DNA from: Octopus sinensis
Taxonomy: Eukaryota
DNA: 64,000 bases
Reading direction: 5' to 3'
NCBI RefSeq assembly: GCF_006345805.1
Contig: NC_043026.1
Location: 3,906,001-3,970,000 of the forward strand
How positions within the stretch are numbered: position 1 is the stretch's first letter; each line of letters begins with the position of its first letter. This document shows positions 36,811 through 50,414 of the stretch, one piece after another. The notes beneath the pieces were generated by a model, which made no database searches, was not told where the DNA came from, and worked only from the letters and a program-made list of their open reading frames with translations. The translations under genes were made by a program, and so were the position numbers.

Positions 36811-37029
36811 ATGTTTACTGAGGTAAATTTTCTATGGCCAGATGCCCTCTGTTTTAGCAACTCTTGTTTCTAAGCAAGGTAATGTTTTCCATTGGCCGGG
36901 CACAGTTTTGCAGAATAACGGAAATAAATGGCATTTATAACAATCCTATGATGTCAAGATAATGAGATGCATACATACACGTGAGTGGATTAAGTTGATG
37001 GAAACCGAAAGAAGCCTGATTTATGTATA

Positions 37030-37427
37030 TCTTTATATATAAAAGTGAAGTTGTGTGTCTGTCTCCTACGATTTAGATTCCTAACTACTCCCACATTTTG
37101 CGGTGCAGTTTAACCAAAAGCGGGTATCTTATAGTCGTGATTCATATCGAGCCCTTCTGGGTATTAGGGCGCATCTACGATGAGTCTACGGTTTAAAAAA
37201 AAATTTACCATCATTTTTTCAATTTTAATGCATTTTTTTCGCTATTATATAAGGGAAGTAACTCTCTAAAAATGTCTACGATGAGTCAACGATTTAAAAA
37301 AAAATTTACCATCATTTTTTTCCATTTTTAATGCATTTTTTTTGCTATTTTTTGGCTATAACTCTCTAAAAATGCTTATATAGTTATTTCCCTTACAAAC
37401 CCGAGCAACGCCGGGCAATACTGCTAG
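37030..37427 (+). mobile_element. Non-autonomous Helitron
   Basis: A|TCTTTATATATAAAAG ... cccgagcaacgccggg hairpin (37400-37415) ... CTAG|T; no TSD. Confidence 0.8.
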
Positions 37428-37445
37428 TATATATATATATATATA

Positions 37446-38085
37446 GTGTCCGAGACTTATATGCTGTGCTTGAGAAGACCCAGCAAGCCAAATGAGACCA
37501 TAACCTCGTGGCCTATGCCAGGGGTGTAACCAGCCCACTTACGCGTACCTTTCCTTCACTTGACACTAAACTCTGCTTGCGAAGACCTGTTGAGGCAAGT
37601 GAGATCGAAATCAAATTCGATGACTGGCTTCCATGCTAATGGAGCGCTAAGAGCACCATCCAAGCGTGATCGTTGCCAGAGCGGCTAACTGGCTTCCGTG
37701 CCGGTGACAAGTAAAAAGCACCATTCGAGCGTGATCGTTACCAGCATTGCCTTACTGGCACTTGTGCTGGTGGCACGTGAAAAAACATTTGAGCGAGGTC
37801 ATTGCCAGTGCCGCTGGACTGGCTCCTGTGTAGGTTGCATGTAAAAAACATAATTTGAGTGTGGCTGTTGCCAGTACCGCCTGACTGACCTTCGTGCCGG
37901 TGACACGTAGAAGCACCCAATACACTCTCGGAGTGGTTGGCATTAGGAAGGGCATCCAGCTGTAGAAACTCTGCCAGATCAAGATTGGAGCCTGGTGCAG
38001 CCATCTGGTTCACCAGTCCTCAGTCAAACTGTCCAACCCATGCTAGCATGGAAAGTGGACGTTAAACGATGATGATGATGATGAT
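37446..38085 (+). mobile_element. 5'-truncated RTE copy of a related subfamily (last codons plus 3'UTR)
   Basis: RDLYAVLEKTQQAK* is homologous to RDLWKCAVREKTRQDK*; shared 3'UTR motifs and (GAT)n tail. Confidence 0.75.
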
Positions 38086-38895
38086 ATATATATATATGTC
38101 GGTGGCACATAAAAAAAAAAAAAACACCATCCGAGCGTGGCCGTTCGCCAGCCTTGTCTGGCACATGTGTCGGTGGCACATAAAATCACCCACTACACTC
38201 TCGGAGTGGTTGGCATTAGGAAGGGCATCAGCTGTAGAAACTCTGCCAGATCAAGATGGAGCCTGGTGCAGCCATCTGGTTCACCAGTCCTCAGTCAAAC
38301 TGTCCAACCCATGCTAGCTGGAAGTGGACGTTAAACGATGATGATGATGGATGATATATATATATATGTCGGTGGCACATAAAAAAAAAAAAACACCATC
38401 GAGCGTGGCCGTTGCCAGCCTTGTCTGGAACATGTGTCGGTGCACATAAAATCACCCACTACACTCTCGGAGTGGTTGGCATTAGGAAGGGCATCCAGCT
38501 GTAGAAACTCTGCCAGATCAAGATTGGAGCCTGGTGCAGCCATCTGGTTCACCAGTCCTCAGTCAAACTGTCCAACCCATGCTAGCATGGAAAGTGGACG
38601 TTAAACGATGATGATGATGATGATATATATATATATGTCGGTGGCACATAAAAAAAAAAAAACACCATCCGAGCGTGGCCGTTCGCCAGCCTTGTCTGGC
38701 ACATGTGTCGGTGGCACATAAAATCACCCACTACACTCTCGGAGTGGTTGGCGTTAGGAAGGGCACCCAGCTGTAGAAACACTGCCAGATCTGACTGGCC
38801 TGGTGCAGCCTTCAGGCTCCTCAGACCCCAGTTGAACCGTCCAACCCATGCTAGCATGGAAAGCGGACGTTAGATGATGATGATGATGATGATGA
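38086..38895 (+). repeat. Three tandem RTE 3' termini (~265 bp period)
   Basis: atatatgtcggtggcacataaaaaaaaaa at ~38090, 38360, 38630; each unit ends in (GAT)n. Confidence 0.85.
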
Positions 38896-39360
38896 TATAT
38901 ATGTATGTATGTATACATGTAAATGTGTGTATGTGATACAAGCTGTGTCATTCACTTCCTGTATTCTGCGAGATCATGTCTGGGTATGAGAAAACGTTAC
39001 TTGGCTTGGAAACAGGTGAGGGTTAGTGACATGAAGGGCATCCAGCTGTAGAGAACCTGCCTTGATAAAAATCTTCTTCTGACCCACGCAAGCATGGAAA
39101 GTGAACATGTTTCTTGGAGGGCAGTAACTCTGAATAAGAACTGACTCATACTGTAACAACCCTCCCGACTCATGCCTGCGTGGAAAAGCAGAAGTAAAAG
39201 GATGATGTTAAATAGCGATATAATTAGTTGTGGGGTTGGGTATGGTGGTAATAAATTAGCTGTTAGATGAGACAAGCAGTAAAGTTTAAGTTTCTTGGGC
39301 TGTGTTTATGAGTGATGGAAAGCAGAAGGCAAAATTAGATGCTAGAATTACAGATACATA

Positions 39361-39531
39361 GGCGCAGGAGTGGCTGTGTGGTAAGTAGCTTGCTTACCAA
39401 CCACATGGATCCGGGTTCAGTCCCACTGCATGGCACTTTGGGCAAGTGTCTTTTACTATAGCCTCGGGCCGACCAAAGCCTTGTGAGTGGATTTGGTAGA
39501 CGGAAACTGAAGGAAGCCTGTCGTGTATATG

Positions 39532-39593
<62 letters not shown>

Positions 39594-39955
39594 GTGTTGT
39601 GTGTCTGTGTTTGAGGGTGAGTGACATGAAGGGCATCCAGCTGTAGAGAACATGCCTTGATAAAAATCTTCTGACCTATGCAAGCATGAAAAGTGAACAT
39701 GTTTCTTGGAGGGCAGTAACTCTGAATAAGAACTGACTCATACTGTAACAACCCTCCCGACTCATGCCTGCGTGGAAAAGCAGAAGTAAAAGGATGCTGG
39801 TGCGTTTATGTCCCCGTCACGTAGCGGTTCGTCAAAAGAGACCGATAGAATAAGTACTGGGCTTACAAGGAATAAGTCCCGGGGTCGAGTTGCTCGATTA
39901 AAGGCGGTGCTCCAGCATGGCCGCAGTCAAATGACTGAAACGAGTAAAAGAGTAT
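39361..39955 (+). mobile_element. SINE family A split by a duplicated ~185 bp segment (39615-39795 matches 39017-39200)
   Basis: Head 39361-39600; 3' part resumes at ~39797. Confidence 0.7.
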
Positions 39956-40029
39956 GCTGACACAGTAATGTGTCAGCTCTAGCATTTAGATTCTCAGAGG
40001 AGGGCTTGGTAAAAAAATGAAGCCAAACT

Positions 40030-40380
40030 TGCTCATCACCATCATTGTTCGACTGTGGTCGAGACAATGGAATTTACCATGCTACGCCAGACTTCACAGT
40101 CCATCATGGCATTACGGAGGTCCTGTTGCTGGATGCCTGTATCCCTGGAGATTACATCAGGGTAGGAGAGTGTGTGCCCTCTGGTATTGCGAGTAGATGG
40201 CTTCCAGAGGAGAAGAGTAGAAATTACCTCTTTTTCAGCTCTACAACAATGTCCAGCAAACTGGACTCTCCTACCGTTCACAAGAGATGACACAGGTGGT
40301 AGTTTCCCATATATTTGCATTTTGGTTGGATGGCGCTTCCACGAGAGATTTTGAGCTACCTTCAGTTCAGTTTCTGTGCA
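40030..40380 (-). pseudogene. 3' fragment of a different RTE-like LINE
   Basis: LKVAQNLSWKRHPT...YGKLPPVSSLVNGRRVQFAGHCCRA...LLLWKP...VWRSMV; (GAT)n-like tail. Confidence 0.7.
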
Positions 40381-40644
40381 TAGCCTCACCTCTGTACATA
40401 GATGCTGGGTATTGACCGAAAGAGTACAATTGCATGTACCAATGACCGAAATGGGGTTCTATGGAAGGATCTCTGCTCTGATGTTGTTATACTACACAGA
40501 GTGTATAGCTTGGAGATCAGGGAGTATGTTGTCTATGTTGAGCCACTACTTCCATATCTGGGAAGTTCACCATCAATTCACGGCAGCAAAAATTCGCCGT
40601 CATCAATTTACCCCCTCCCCCCACCTCCCCTTTCTTTTTCTCTT

Positions 40645-40832
40645 TACTTCACTTGTTTCCATCATTTGACTGCGGCCATGCTGGAGCACCGCCTTTAGTC
40701 GAGGTAATCGACCCCAGGACTTATCCCTTGTAAGCCTAGTACTTATTCTATTGGTTTTCTTTTGCTGAACCACTAAGTTACGGGGATGGGTCGGTTGTCA
40801 AGGGGATGTTGGTGGTGGGGGGACAAACGCAA

Positions 40833-40865
<33 letters not shown>

Positions 40866-42240
40866 CAAATATACGGCGAGCTTCTTTCAGTTTCCGTCTA
40901 CCAAATCCACTTACAGAGCTTTGATCTGCCCGAGGCTATAGTAGAAGACACTTGCACAAGGTGTCACGCAGTGGGAATGAACCCAGAACCATGTAGTTGG
41001 TAAGCAAGCTACTTACCACACAGCCACTCCCTTTTTTTTTTTTTTTTCAATAAAATAGTTTTTAATTATTAATGGTGAGCAGGAGTGGCTGTGTGGTAAG
41101 TAGCTTGCTAACCAACCACATGGCTCCGGGTTCAGACCCACTGCGTGGCATCTTAGGCAAGTGTCTTCTGCTATAGCCCCGGGCCGACCAATGCCTTGTG
41201 AGTGGATTTGGTAGACGGAAACTAAAAGAAGCCTGTCGTATATATGTATATATATATGTATGTGTGTGTTTGTGTGTCTGTGTTTGTCCCTTTAGCATTG
41301 CTTGACAACCGATGCTGGTGTGTTTACGTCCCCGTCACTCAGCGGTTCGGCAAAAAAGAGACCGACAGAATAAGTTCTGGGCTTACAAAAGAATAAATCC
41401 CGGGGTCGATTTGTTCGACTAAAGGCGGTGCTCCAGCATGGCCTCAGTCAAATGACTGAAACAAGTAAAAGAGTAAAAGAGTAAAGAGTATACTTTGGAT
41501 ATATTTTCTCTGTAAACTTTTCTCATCTTGAACTTTCATGGTGAATTGATGGCGGTGAACTTTGAGAAGTCATGACTTCAATACTATGACCCCTGATTAG
41601 AATGTTGCAGGTAAGAATCACAAGACAAATTCCTCAAGCCAAGCCAACTGATAGGGATCTTAAGGGTCGACCAAGAATGAGATGGTTGGATGATATCCAT
41701 AGTCTCAATTGGTTGCGCTTGGCAATCCAGTCCATGGAGGAGGTGCCTGAGGACTCTAGCCCCATGACCCTGTCAAAGTTAGTGGATGGATGGGTGTTAT
41801 GAGTGAGGTCATTGCCAGTGCCGCTGGACTGGCTCCTGTGCCGGTGGCACGTAAAAGAACACCATTTGAGCGTGGCTGCACTTGGCAATTCAGTCCATGG
41901 AGGAGGTGCCTGAGGACTCTAGCCCCATGACCCTGTCAAAGTTAGTGGATGGATGGGTGTTATGAGTGAGGTCATTGCCAGTGCCGCTGGACTGGCTCCT
42001 GTGCAGGTGGCACGTAAAAGAACACCATTTGAGCGTGGCTGCTGCCAGTACCAGCTGACTGGCCCTTGTGCCAGTGGCACGTAAAAGCACCTACTACACT
42101 CTCGGAGGGGTTGGCGTTAGGAAGGGCATCCAGCTATAGAAACTCTGCCAGATCTGATTGTAGCCTGAGGCAGCCATCTGGCTTGCCAGTCCTCAGTCAA
42201 ACCGTCCAATCCATGCCAGCATGGAAAGCGGACCTTAAAC

Positions 42241-42273
<33 letters not shown>

Positions 42274-43175
42274 TAAATAAACATTACATTTAACAAGATA
42301 ATCTGAATTCTAAAGGGTTAATTTATTTATTAGGTATATTATATTTTTTAACTATTTAGCATCTAATCAGGTCATCTCTACATTCTGTCAGTTTTATGTT
42401 CAAACTAACCAGATCTAGTCTCTCGCGCCTGCTCGACAATGTCATTATGAAAAGATTCACATCATTGAAATCTCAAAACTACAAGATAATGCATGATTAA
42501 TTCAAAATAATGTGAATAAATAAGCAATACATTTTCCAAAGTTACCTGAATGCTTGATGTGACTTCTTTTTTTTTAGGACAATAGAGCAATTTGAGAAAA
42601 TTTGACTGTTATTTCTAGTAGATTGAGTGGTTGCATAGTGTTCGCCAACCGCTTTACAGAGTGAACTGCAAGCTTTTTATTGTGGCACCAGCACTGGTGG
42701 CATTGTTTTCTATCCTGTAAAAGAAAAGTGAGAATTGATGTTCTTGAACTTGGCAGTTGAATAAATATTGATCAATAGGCGTAGGAGTGACTGTGTGGTA
42801 AGTGGCTTGCTTACCAACCACATGGTTCCAGGTTCAGTCCCACTGCGTAACACCTTAGGCAAGTGTCTTCTACTATAGCCTCGGGCCGACCAAAGCCTTG
42901 TGAGTGGATTTGGTAGATGGAAACTGAAAGAAGCCCGTCGTATATATGTATATATATGTATATGTATATATGTTTGTGTGTCTGTGTTTGTCCCCCCAAC
43001 ATCACTTGACGACCGATGCTGGTGTGTTTACGTCCCCATAACTTAGCAGTTCGGCAGAAGAGACCGATAGAATAAGTACTAGGCTTACAAAGAATAAGTC
43101 CTGGGGTCGATTTGCTTGACTAGAAGCGGTGCTCCAGCATGGTCACAGTCAAATGACTGAAACAAGTAAAAGAGT
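40645..43175. mobile_element. Three SINE family A copies (40645-41020 minus, 41078-41490 plus, 42779-43175 plus) and an RTE 3' relic at 41600-42270
   Basis: Standard family A heads and tails; GRPRMRWLDDI motif at ~41665 and a ~180 bp local duplication at 41700-42060. Confidence 0.8.
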
Positions 43176-43591
43176 AATAAGATAATAGGAATCAATTTGA
43201 TTGATTACACCTGTTATAGGCACACCTGTTATAGGCACACCTGTTATAGGCACATTGTGGATCATGGGATTTTCTGAATGGGATGTCTAATGAAAAATTA
43301 CCTTGAATTTTTTTTTCAAGTAGTGTCGTTCACCCAATGCTGGATTAAACGTTAGACAAAATAAACATGTGCTTAGGGTATCAAAGGAAGTAGGGGCACT
43401 ACAGAAATGGTAAATGGTTTACAGTACAAAAGAAATCACTTTAAGCTTGCTAAAATAATATTCAAAGTGGTTTATATGATTGGAAAATTAATTTTGAAAT
43501 GTTCATGGTGTCACAATGAGAATCTGGTCAAAGTCTTTGGAAAGTTTTCTACATTTTTTTTTTTTTTTAAATTACAAATATAAATAAAGGG

Positions 43592-44370
43592 GCAGGAGTG
43601 GCTGTGTGGTAAGTAGCTTGCTTACCAACCACATGGTTCTGGGTTCAGTCCCAGTGCGTGGCATCTTGGGCAGGTGTCTTCTGCTATAGCCCCGGGCCGA
43701 CCAATGCCTTGTGAGTGGATTTGGTAGACGGAAACTGAAAGAAGCCTGTCGTATATATGTATATAAATAGGCATAGGAGCGGCTGTGTGGTAAGTAGCTT
43801 GCTTACCAACCACATGGTTCCGGGTTCAGTCCCAGTGCGTGGCATCTTGGGCAGGTGTCTTCTGCTATAGCCCCGGGCCGACCAATGCCTTGTGAGTGGA
43901 TTTGGTAGACGGAAACTGAAAGAAGCCTGTCGTATATATGTATATAAATAGGCATAGGAGTGGCTGTGTGGTAAGTAGCTTGCTTACCAACCACATGGTT
44001 CCGGGTTCAGTCCCAGTGCGTGGCATCTTGGGCAGGTGTCTTCTGCTATAGCCCCGGGCCGACCAATGCCTTGTGAGTGGATTTGGTAGACGGAAACTGA
44101 AAGAAGCCTGTCGTATATATGTATATATATATATATGTATGTGTGTGTATATGTTTGTGTGTCTGTGTTTGTCCCCCTAGCATTGCTTGACAACTGATGC
44201 TGGTGTGTTTATGTCCCCGTCACTTAGCGGTTCGGCAAAAGAGACCGATAGAATAAGTACTGGGCTTACAAAGAATAAGTCCCGGGGTCGATCTGCTCGA
44301 CTAAAGGCGGTGCTCCAGCATGGCCACAGTCAAATGACTGAAACAAGTAAAAGAGAGTAAAAGAGAGTAA
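43592..44370 (+). mobile_element. SINE family A with three tandem heads (181 bp period)
   Basis: Identical ORF ends at 43622, 43803, 43984. Confidence 0.9.
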
Positions 44371-44470
44371 AGTGGAAGTATACAAAAATAAGCATTATTT
44401 TCCATCTTACTGTTGTTTTATTTTGGAAATGGAAAATTTATTTTATAGTTGTTTATATTTTGAGTTAGAT

Positions 44471-44960
44471 GGGATCTTTTCACTTTAACCGGCAGATTTT
44501 TAAAATAATTTCTAGGTAACTAAAATATTTTAAACTTCGTATACTGGTAGAATGTGCTTATAAAACATGTTTTTCTCTTGGATTTCTTGAGAAAATTCTG
44601 TAGTTTGTAAGATATTTGTTGTTTAATTTCTTGCATTTCGGCAATTTCAACCAATCAATGACGTCTATTGAGGTGAAAACGATTTCTCCTGTAACATTTT
44701 CTGGCAACGTCATATGAAAATGTCCCTGTTTTTTATGAGAAAAAAGATACCCTGTGGCCATAAACTGAGGGGTCACTCGTAAACAGAGCTGGATAACAAA
44801 ACTGTTCCCTCTTTAGTGTCCACCCATAATTATGACACTATTATCAATCTATTGCATTTCAATCTGTTTTAGTGTTAGGGTTAAGGTTAGGGTTAGGGGT
44901 GGGGGGAAGGGTATTTTTTTTTCTTCAGAAATGTAAATAAACCCAATCTGTTTCTTAAAC
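44471..44960. mobile_element. Diverged, rearranged relic of the Merlin-like MITE
   Basis: Left arm forward at 44471-44690; (TTAGGG)n-containing right internal part inverted at ~44820-44960. Confidence 0.65.
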
Positions 44961-45409
44961 GAATATATAATATGTAACACCCAAATCTTTTAACCCTTAG
45001 CATTTAAACGGGCCATATCTGGTCAAAATATTCTTCTCCCTTTTATGCTGAAACTGACCAGATCTGGTCTCTCTCACCTACCCTACAATGTCATTCTAAA
45101 AGTATACAGTTACATCATCAGTATCTTGAAGCTATGAAATAATGCATGATTACTTGAAAACAATGTGAATTACTTCAGTTTTGTGTCCGGTTTGCAAGAT
45201 TCTTTATGTGAATTTGTGTGTTGAAACAAACTTTGTTGTCTGGGGAGAGAAGCGCACACTTGTTGACACATGCACACACATTTGCAACAAAATCTCAGAC
45301 GAAAGGATCACAGCTTTGATAATAGAAGGACAGGGTTGATATCTGTTGATACGGTTGCAAAAGTGATGAAGAAGCTTTCTTGAACAAACAAATAATAAAT
45401 AAATAAATA

Positions 45410-46149
45410 GGCGCAGGAGTGGCTGTGTGGTAAGTAGCTTGCTTACCAACCACATGGTTCCAGGTTCAGTCCCACTGCATGGCACCTTGGGCAAGTGTCT
45501 TCTACTATAGCCTCGGGCCGACCAAAGCCTTGTGAGTGGATTTGGTAGACGGAAACTGAAAGAAGCCCGTCGTATATATGTATATATGTATGTATGTATA
45601 TAGGTGCAGGAGTGGCTGTGTGGTAAGTAGCTTGCTTACCAACCACACGGTTCCGGGTTCAGTCCCACTGCGTGGCATCTTGGGCAAGTGTCTTCTACTA
45701 TAGCCTCGGGCCGACCAAAGCCTTGTGAGTGGATTTGGTAGACGGAAACTGAAAGAAGCCCGTCGTATATATGTATATATGTATGTATGTATATAGGTGC
45801 AGGAGTGGCTGTGTGGTAAATAGCTTGCTTACCAACCACACGGTTCCGGGTTCAGTCCCACTGCGTGGCATCTTGGGCAAGTGTCTTCTACTATAGCCTC
45901 GGGCCGACCAAAGCCTTGTGAGTGGATTTGGTAGACGGAAACTGAAAGAAGCCCGTCGTATATATGTATATATGTATGTATGTATATAGGTGCAGGAGTG
46001 GCTGTGTGGTAAGTAGCTTGCTTACCAACCACATGGTTCCGGGTTCAGTCCCACTGCATGGCACCTTGGGTGTCTTCTACTATAGCCTTGGGCCGACCAA
46101 AGCCTTGTGAGTGGATTTGGTAGATGGAAACTGAAAGAAGCCCGTCGTA

Positions 46150-46193
<44 letters not shown>

Positions 46194-46405
46194 TGTGTGT
46201 TTGTGTCTGTGTTTGTCCCCCTAGCATTGCTTGACAACCGATGTTTATGTCCCCGTTACTTAACGGTTCGGCAAAAGAGACCGATAGAATAAGTACTGGG
46301 CTTACAAAAAAAGAATAAGTCCCGGGGTCGAGTTGCTCAATTAAAGGCGGTGCTCCAGCATGGCCGCAGTCAAATGACTGAAACAAGTAAAAGAGTAAAA
46401 GAGTA
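45410..46405 (+). mobile_element. SINE family A with four tandem heads (193 bp period)
   Basis: ORF ends at 45443, 45636, 45829, 46022. Confidence 0.9.
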
Positions 46406-47112
46406 AATAAATGAGTGGAAACTGAACCAGTGAGTGTGTTAAATATATTAAGGTAATATGACCTTCCCCAGACACAACAAAATGAGAATTACATTTAACA
46501 GATTAATCTGAATGCTAAATGGTTAAATGCTTAGGGCCTCTATGGGGTTTTAATCCAGCCCTGGGTACACCTGATGATGAATCAGGTCTCATGCAACCTG
46601 CTTCTTGAAAAAGGTTCCCCATATCTGTACTAAATCCTTCAAGGTGGCCCCATGTAACATAGTCCAATGACTGAATCTAGTAAAAGCGTAAAAGAGATAT
46701 GGGCTGAAGGGAGCGACTTCAATATTGTCTTAATTCCTAGGGCCCCTAGGGCCAGTCACCCAGGTCCCATGGTGTATAAGTGGCTGAGATCACATTTTTC
46801 TAAACAGGATGTCTGTCCATCACACGCTTACCTCCTTTTACAAGTGAATGGACTGGAGCAATGTGAAATGAAGTGTTTTGCTCAAGATCACAATCCACTT
46901 CCTGGTCTGGGAAATGAAATGATAATCTTGTGATTGTGAGAACAGCACCTTAACCCACTGGGCCATGCATCTTCATACTTGTGTGTGTGGAATATTCAAC
47001 AATTCACATTATAATTCGTCGAGGAAATAATTACATTGAATAACTGAAATACTGGTTCCTAAGCTTTCATGGTGTATTAATGGTTGAGATCACATCATTC
47101 TCTTAAATGAGA

Positions 47113-49180
47113 TACCTATTTCTTTACTACCCACAAGGGGCTAAACACAGAAGGGACAAACAAGCACAGACAAATGGATTAAGTCGATTATATCGACCCC
47201 AGTGCGTAACTGGTACTTATTCAATCAACCCCGAAAGGATGAAAGGCAAAGTTGACCTGGGCGGAATTTGAACTCAGAACATAGAGGCAGATGAAATACC
47301 TATTCTTACTACCCACAAGGGGCTAAACACAGAGGGACAAACAAAGACAGACAAATGGATTAAGTCGATTATATCGACCCCAGTGCGTAACTGGTACTTA
47401 TTTAATCGACCCCGAAAGGATGAAAGGAAAGTTGACCTGGGTGGAAATTGGAAATTGGACTCAGAACATAGCGGCAGCAGATGAAATACCTATTTCTTTA
47501 CTACTCACAAGGGGCTAAACACAGAGGGGACAAACAAGGACAGACAAATGGATATTAAGTCGATTATATCGACCCCAGGTGCGTAACTGGTACTTCTTTA
47601 ATCGACCCCGAAAAAGTATGAAAGTCAAAGTTGACCTGGGCGGAATTTGAACTCAGAACATAGCGGCAGATGAAATACTGCTAAGTATTTCGCCCGGCGT
47701 GCTAACGTTTCTGCCAGCTCGAGATACCTGGAGCAGTGTGAAGTGAGATGTTTTGCTGAAGATCCCAATTCACTGCCTGGTCTGGGAAATGAAACAACAA
47801 CCTTGTGATTGCCAGTGCAGTATCTTAACTGATCAGGCCATGCATCTTCATACTTTTACTTCAGCCAGGGGTCATTTGAGGTGGCCTGGACCAATGAGCT
47901 AGGTTTGGAGCTCAGTGAAAATACAAGTTTACATATGGCCCCCAGTCAAACATATACATATTTCTTTATTGCCCACAAGGGGCTAAACACAGAGAGGACA
48001 AACAAGGACAGATAAACGGATTAAGTCGATTATATCGACCCAGTGCGTAACTGGTACTTATTTAATCGACCCCGAAAGGATGAAAGGCAAAGTTGACCTG
48101 GGTGGAATTTGAACTCAGAACATAGCGGCAGATGAAATACCTATTTCTTTTAACCCACAAGGGGCTAAACACAGAGGGGACAAACAAGGACAGACAAATG
48201 GATTAAGTCGATTATATCGACCCCAGTGCGTAACTGGTACTTATTTAATCGACCCCGAAAGGATGAAAGGCAAAGTTGACCTGGGCGGAATTTGAACTCA
48301 GAACATAGCGGCAGATGAAATACCTATTTCTTTACTACCCACAAGGGGCTAAACACAGAGGGGGCAAACAAGGACAGACAAATGGATTAAGTCGATTATA
48401 TCGACCCCAGTGCGTAACTGGTACTTAATTTATCGACCCCGAAAGGATGAAAGTCAAAGTTGACCTGGGCGGAATTTGAACTCAGAACATAGCGGCAGAT
48501 GAAATACTGCTAAGTATTTCGCCCGGCGTGCTAACGTTTCTGCCAGCTCGAGATACCTGGAGCAGTGTGAAGTGAGATGTTTTGCTGAAGATCCCAATTC
48601 ACTGCCTGGTCTGGGAAATGAAACAACAACCTTGTGATTGCCAGTGCAGTATCTTAACTGATCAGGCCATGCATCTTCATACTTTTACTTCAGCCAGGGG
48701 TCATTTGAGGTGGCCTGGACCAATGAGCTAGGTTTGGAGCTTCAGTGAAAATACAAGTTTACATATGGCCCCCAGTCAAACATATACATATTTCTTTATT
48801 GCCCACAAGGGGCTAAACACAGAGAGGACAAACAAGGACAGATAAACGGATTAAGTCGATTATATCGACCCAGTGCGTAACTGGTACTTATTTAATCGAC
48901 CCCGAAAGTATGAAAGGCAAAGTTGACCTGGGCAGAATTTGAACTCAGAACATAGCGGCAGATGAAATGCCTATTTCTTTACTACCCACAAGGGGTTAAA
49001 CACAGAGGGGACAAACAAGGACAGATAAACGGATTAAGTCGATTACATCGACCCTAGTGCATAACTGGTACTTTAATTATCGACCCCGAAAGGATGAAAG
49101 GCAAAGTCGACCTCGGCGGAATTTGAACTCAGAACGTAACGACAGACGAAATACTGCTAAGCATTTCGCCCGGCGCGCTA
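47113..49180 (-). repeat. Higher-order array of SINE family B (3+3+2 units of ~180 bp, ~830 bp higher-order period with a shared spacer)
   Basis: Spacer gagatacctggagcagtgtgaag...caaacatatacata at ~47720-47960 and ~48550-48790. Confidence 0.85.
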
Positions 49181-49662
49181 ACAAACATATACATGCTTTG
49201 GGATAGTGTGATTGGTAGCAGCTCAAATTACTTTTTATTATTGACCATTGCAGAATATTGGCTGACCAAGTCATTGCTGATTTTTCAGAGCAGATGTAGC
49301 TTGCGTTTGAAGCATGTTCTAAAAACATGCTTTAACAAAAAGCTACGTGATGCCTCACTCCTAGTAGTCTTCCAGCATGCCAGACACCAACCTGGAATTT
49401 GCGAGGGGTCCTCGCTATTCCTACATAGTCGTTGGACCTGCACAAGGTTTGTCCTTCATGCTGGGGAAGGAGATGAACGGAAGACAAGGGTAGGAGTGTA
49501 GTTAAGACAGGTCCCCTCTCTTCTCCTCCCCAGATGTTGCCAAATAGGTGTGGATGTTAATAACGACTTTAACAATTTAATTTAACACACAGACACACAT
49601 ATACACATAGATATACACACACCTGCTGAGTTATCTCACATATTATATGCTGGTACAAACAC

Positions 49663-49762
49663 NNNNNNNNNNNNNNNNNNNNNNNNNNNNNNNNNNNNNN
49701 NNNNNNNNNNNNNNNNNNNNNNNNNNNNNNNNNNNNNNNNNNNNNNNNNNNNNNNNNNNNNN
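49663..49762. other. Assembly gap (100 N)
   Basis: Direct reading; the round length suggests a placeholder of unknown true size. Confidence 0.99.
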
Positions 49763-49984
49763 CCCCCCCCGGACTCTCTCTCTCTTTAGGAATCTCCCAC
49801 ACTCAAATTAACATTCTTCTTAGCTTTGCTCTTGCTACAGGTTTGTCTTGACCTAATCTCTACCCTGATTAAAACCTAATCACTGTCCCATGCCGGAGTT
49901 GTTACTCACCTGATTCACACTAGATTTCTATCTCACTCAAAACCCCCCCACCTCTTTCTCTCTCTCTTTCTCTTTCTCTTTCAA

Positions 49985-50258
49985 AACACACACACACAAC
50001 ACCACACACACACACACACCACACAAACCACACACACACACACACCACACGCACACACACCACACACACACACACACACCACACAGACACACACCACACA
50101 CACACACCATACACACACCACACACACACACACACACACCACACACACACACCACACCCCACACACACCACACACACACACCACACACACACAACCACAC
50201 ACACCACCACACCACACCACACCACACACACTACCACACATACCACCACACCACACCA

Positions 50259-50289
<31 letters not shown>

Positions 50290-50300
50290 CACACCACACA
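49985..50300. repeat. (CA)n/(CCA)n compound microsatellite
   Basis: Direct reading. Confidence 0.95.
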
Positions 50301-50414
50301 CAAGCAGATACCTCTTACTTCCGGGTGGGGTGGAACCTCAGTCAACCCGAGTTCAAGCTGCAAGCTTTACACACAGATGCTCTACCGATGAATCCATCAT
50401 ATATTACATACTCT

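Noticed and set aside
36206-36811. 201-aa ORF with 21-aa repeats as a repeat protein
   Set aside because: It is the antisense reading of the RTE 3'UTR 63-bp tandem unit.
49193-49501. 102-aa ORF in unique sequence as a host gene
   Set aside because: No recognisable domain or protein-like composition; retained only as a weak hairpin/exon candidate.
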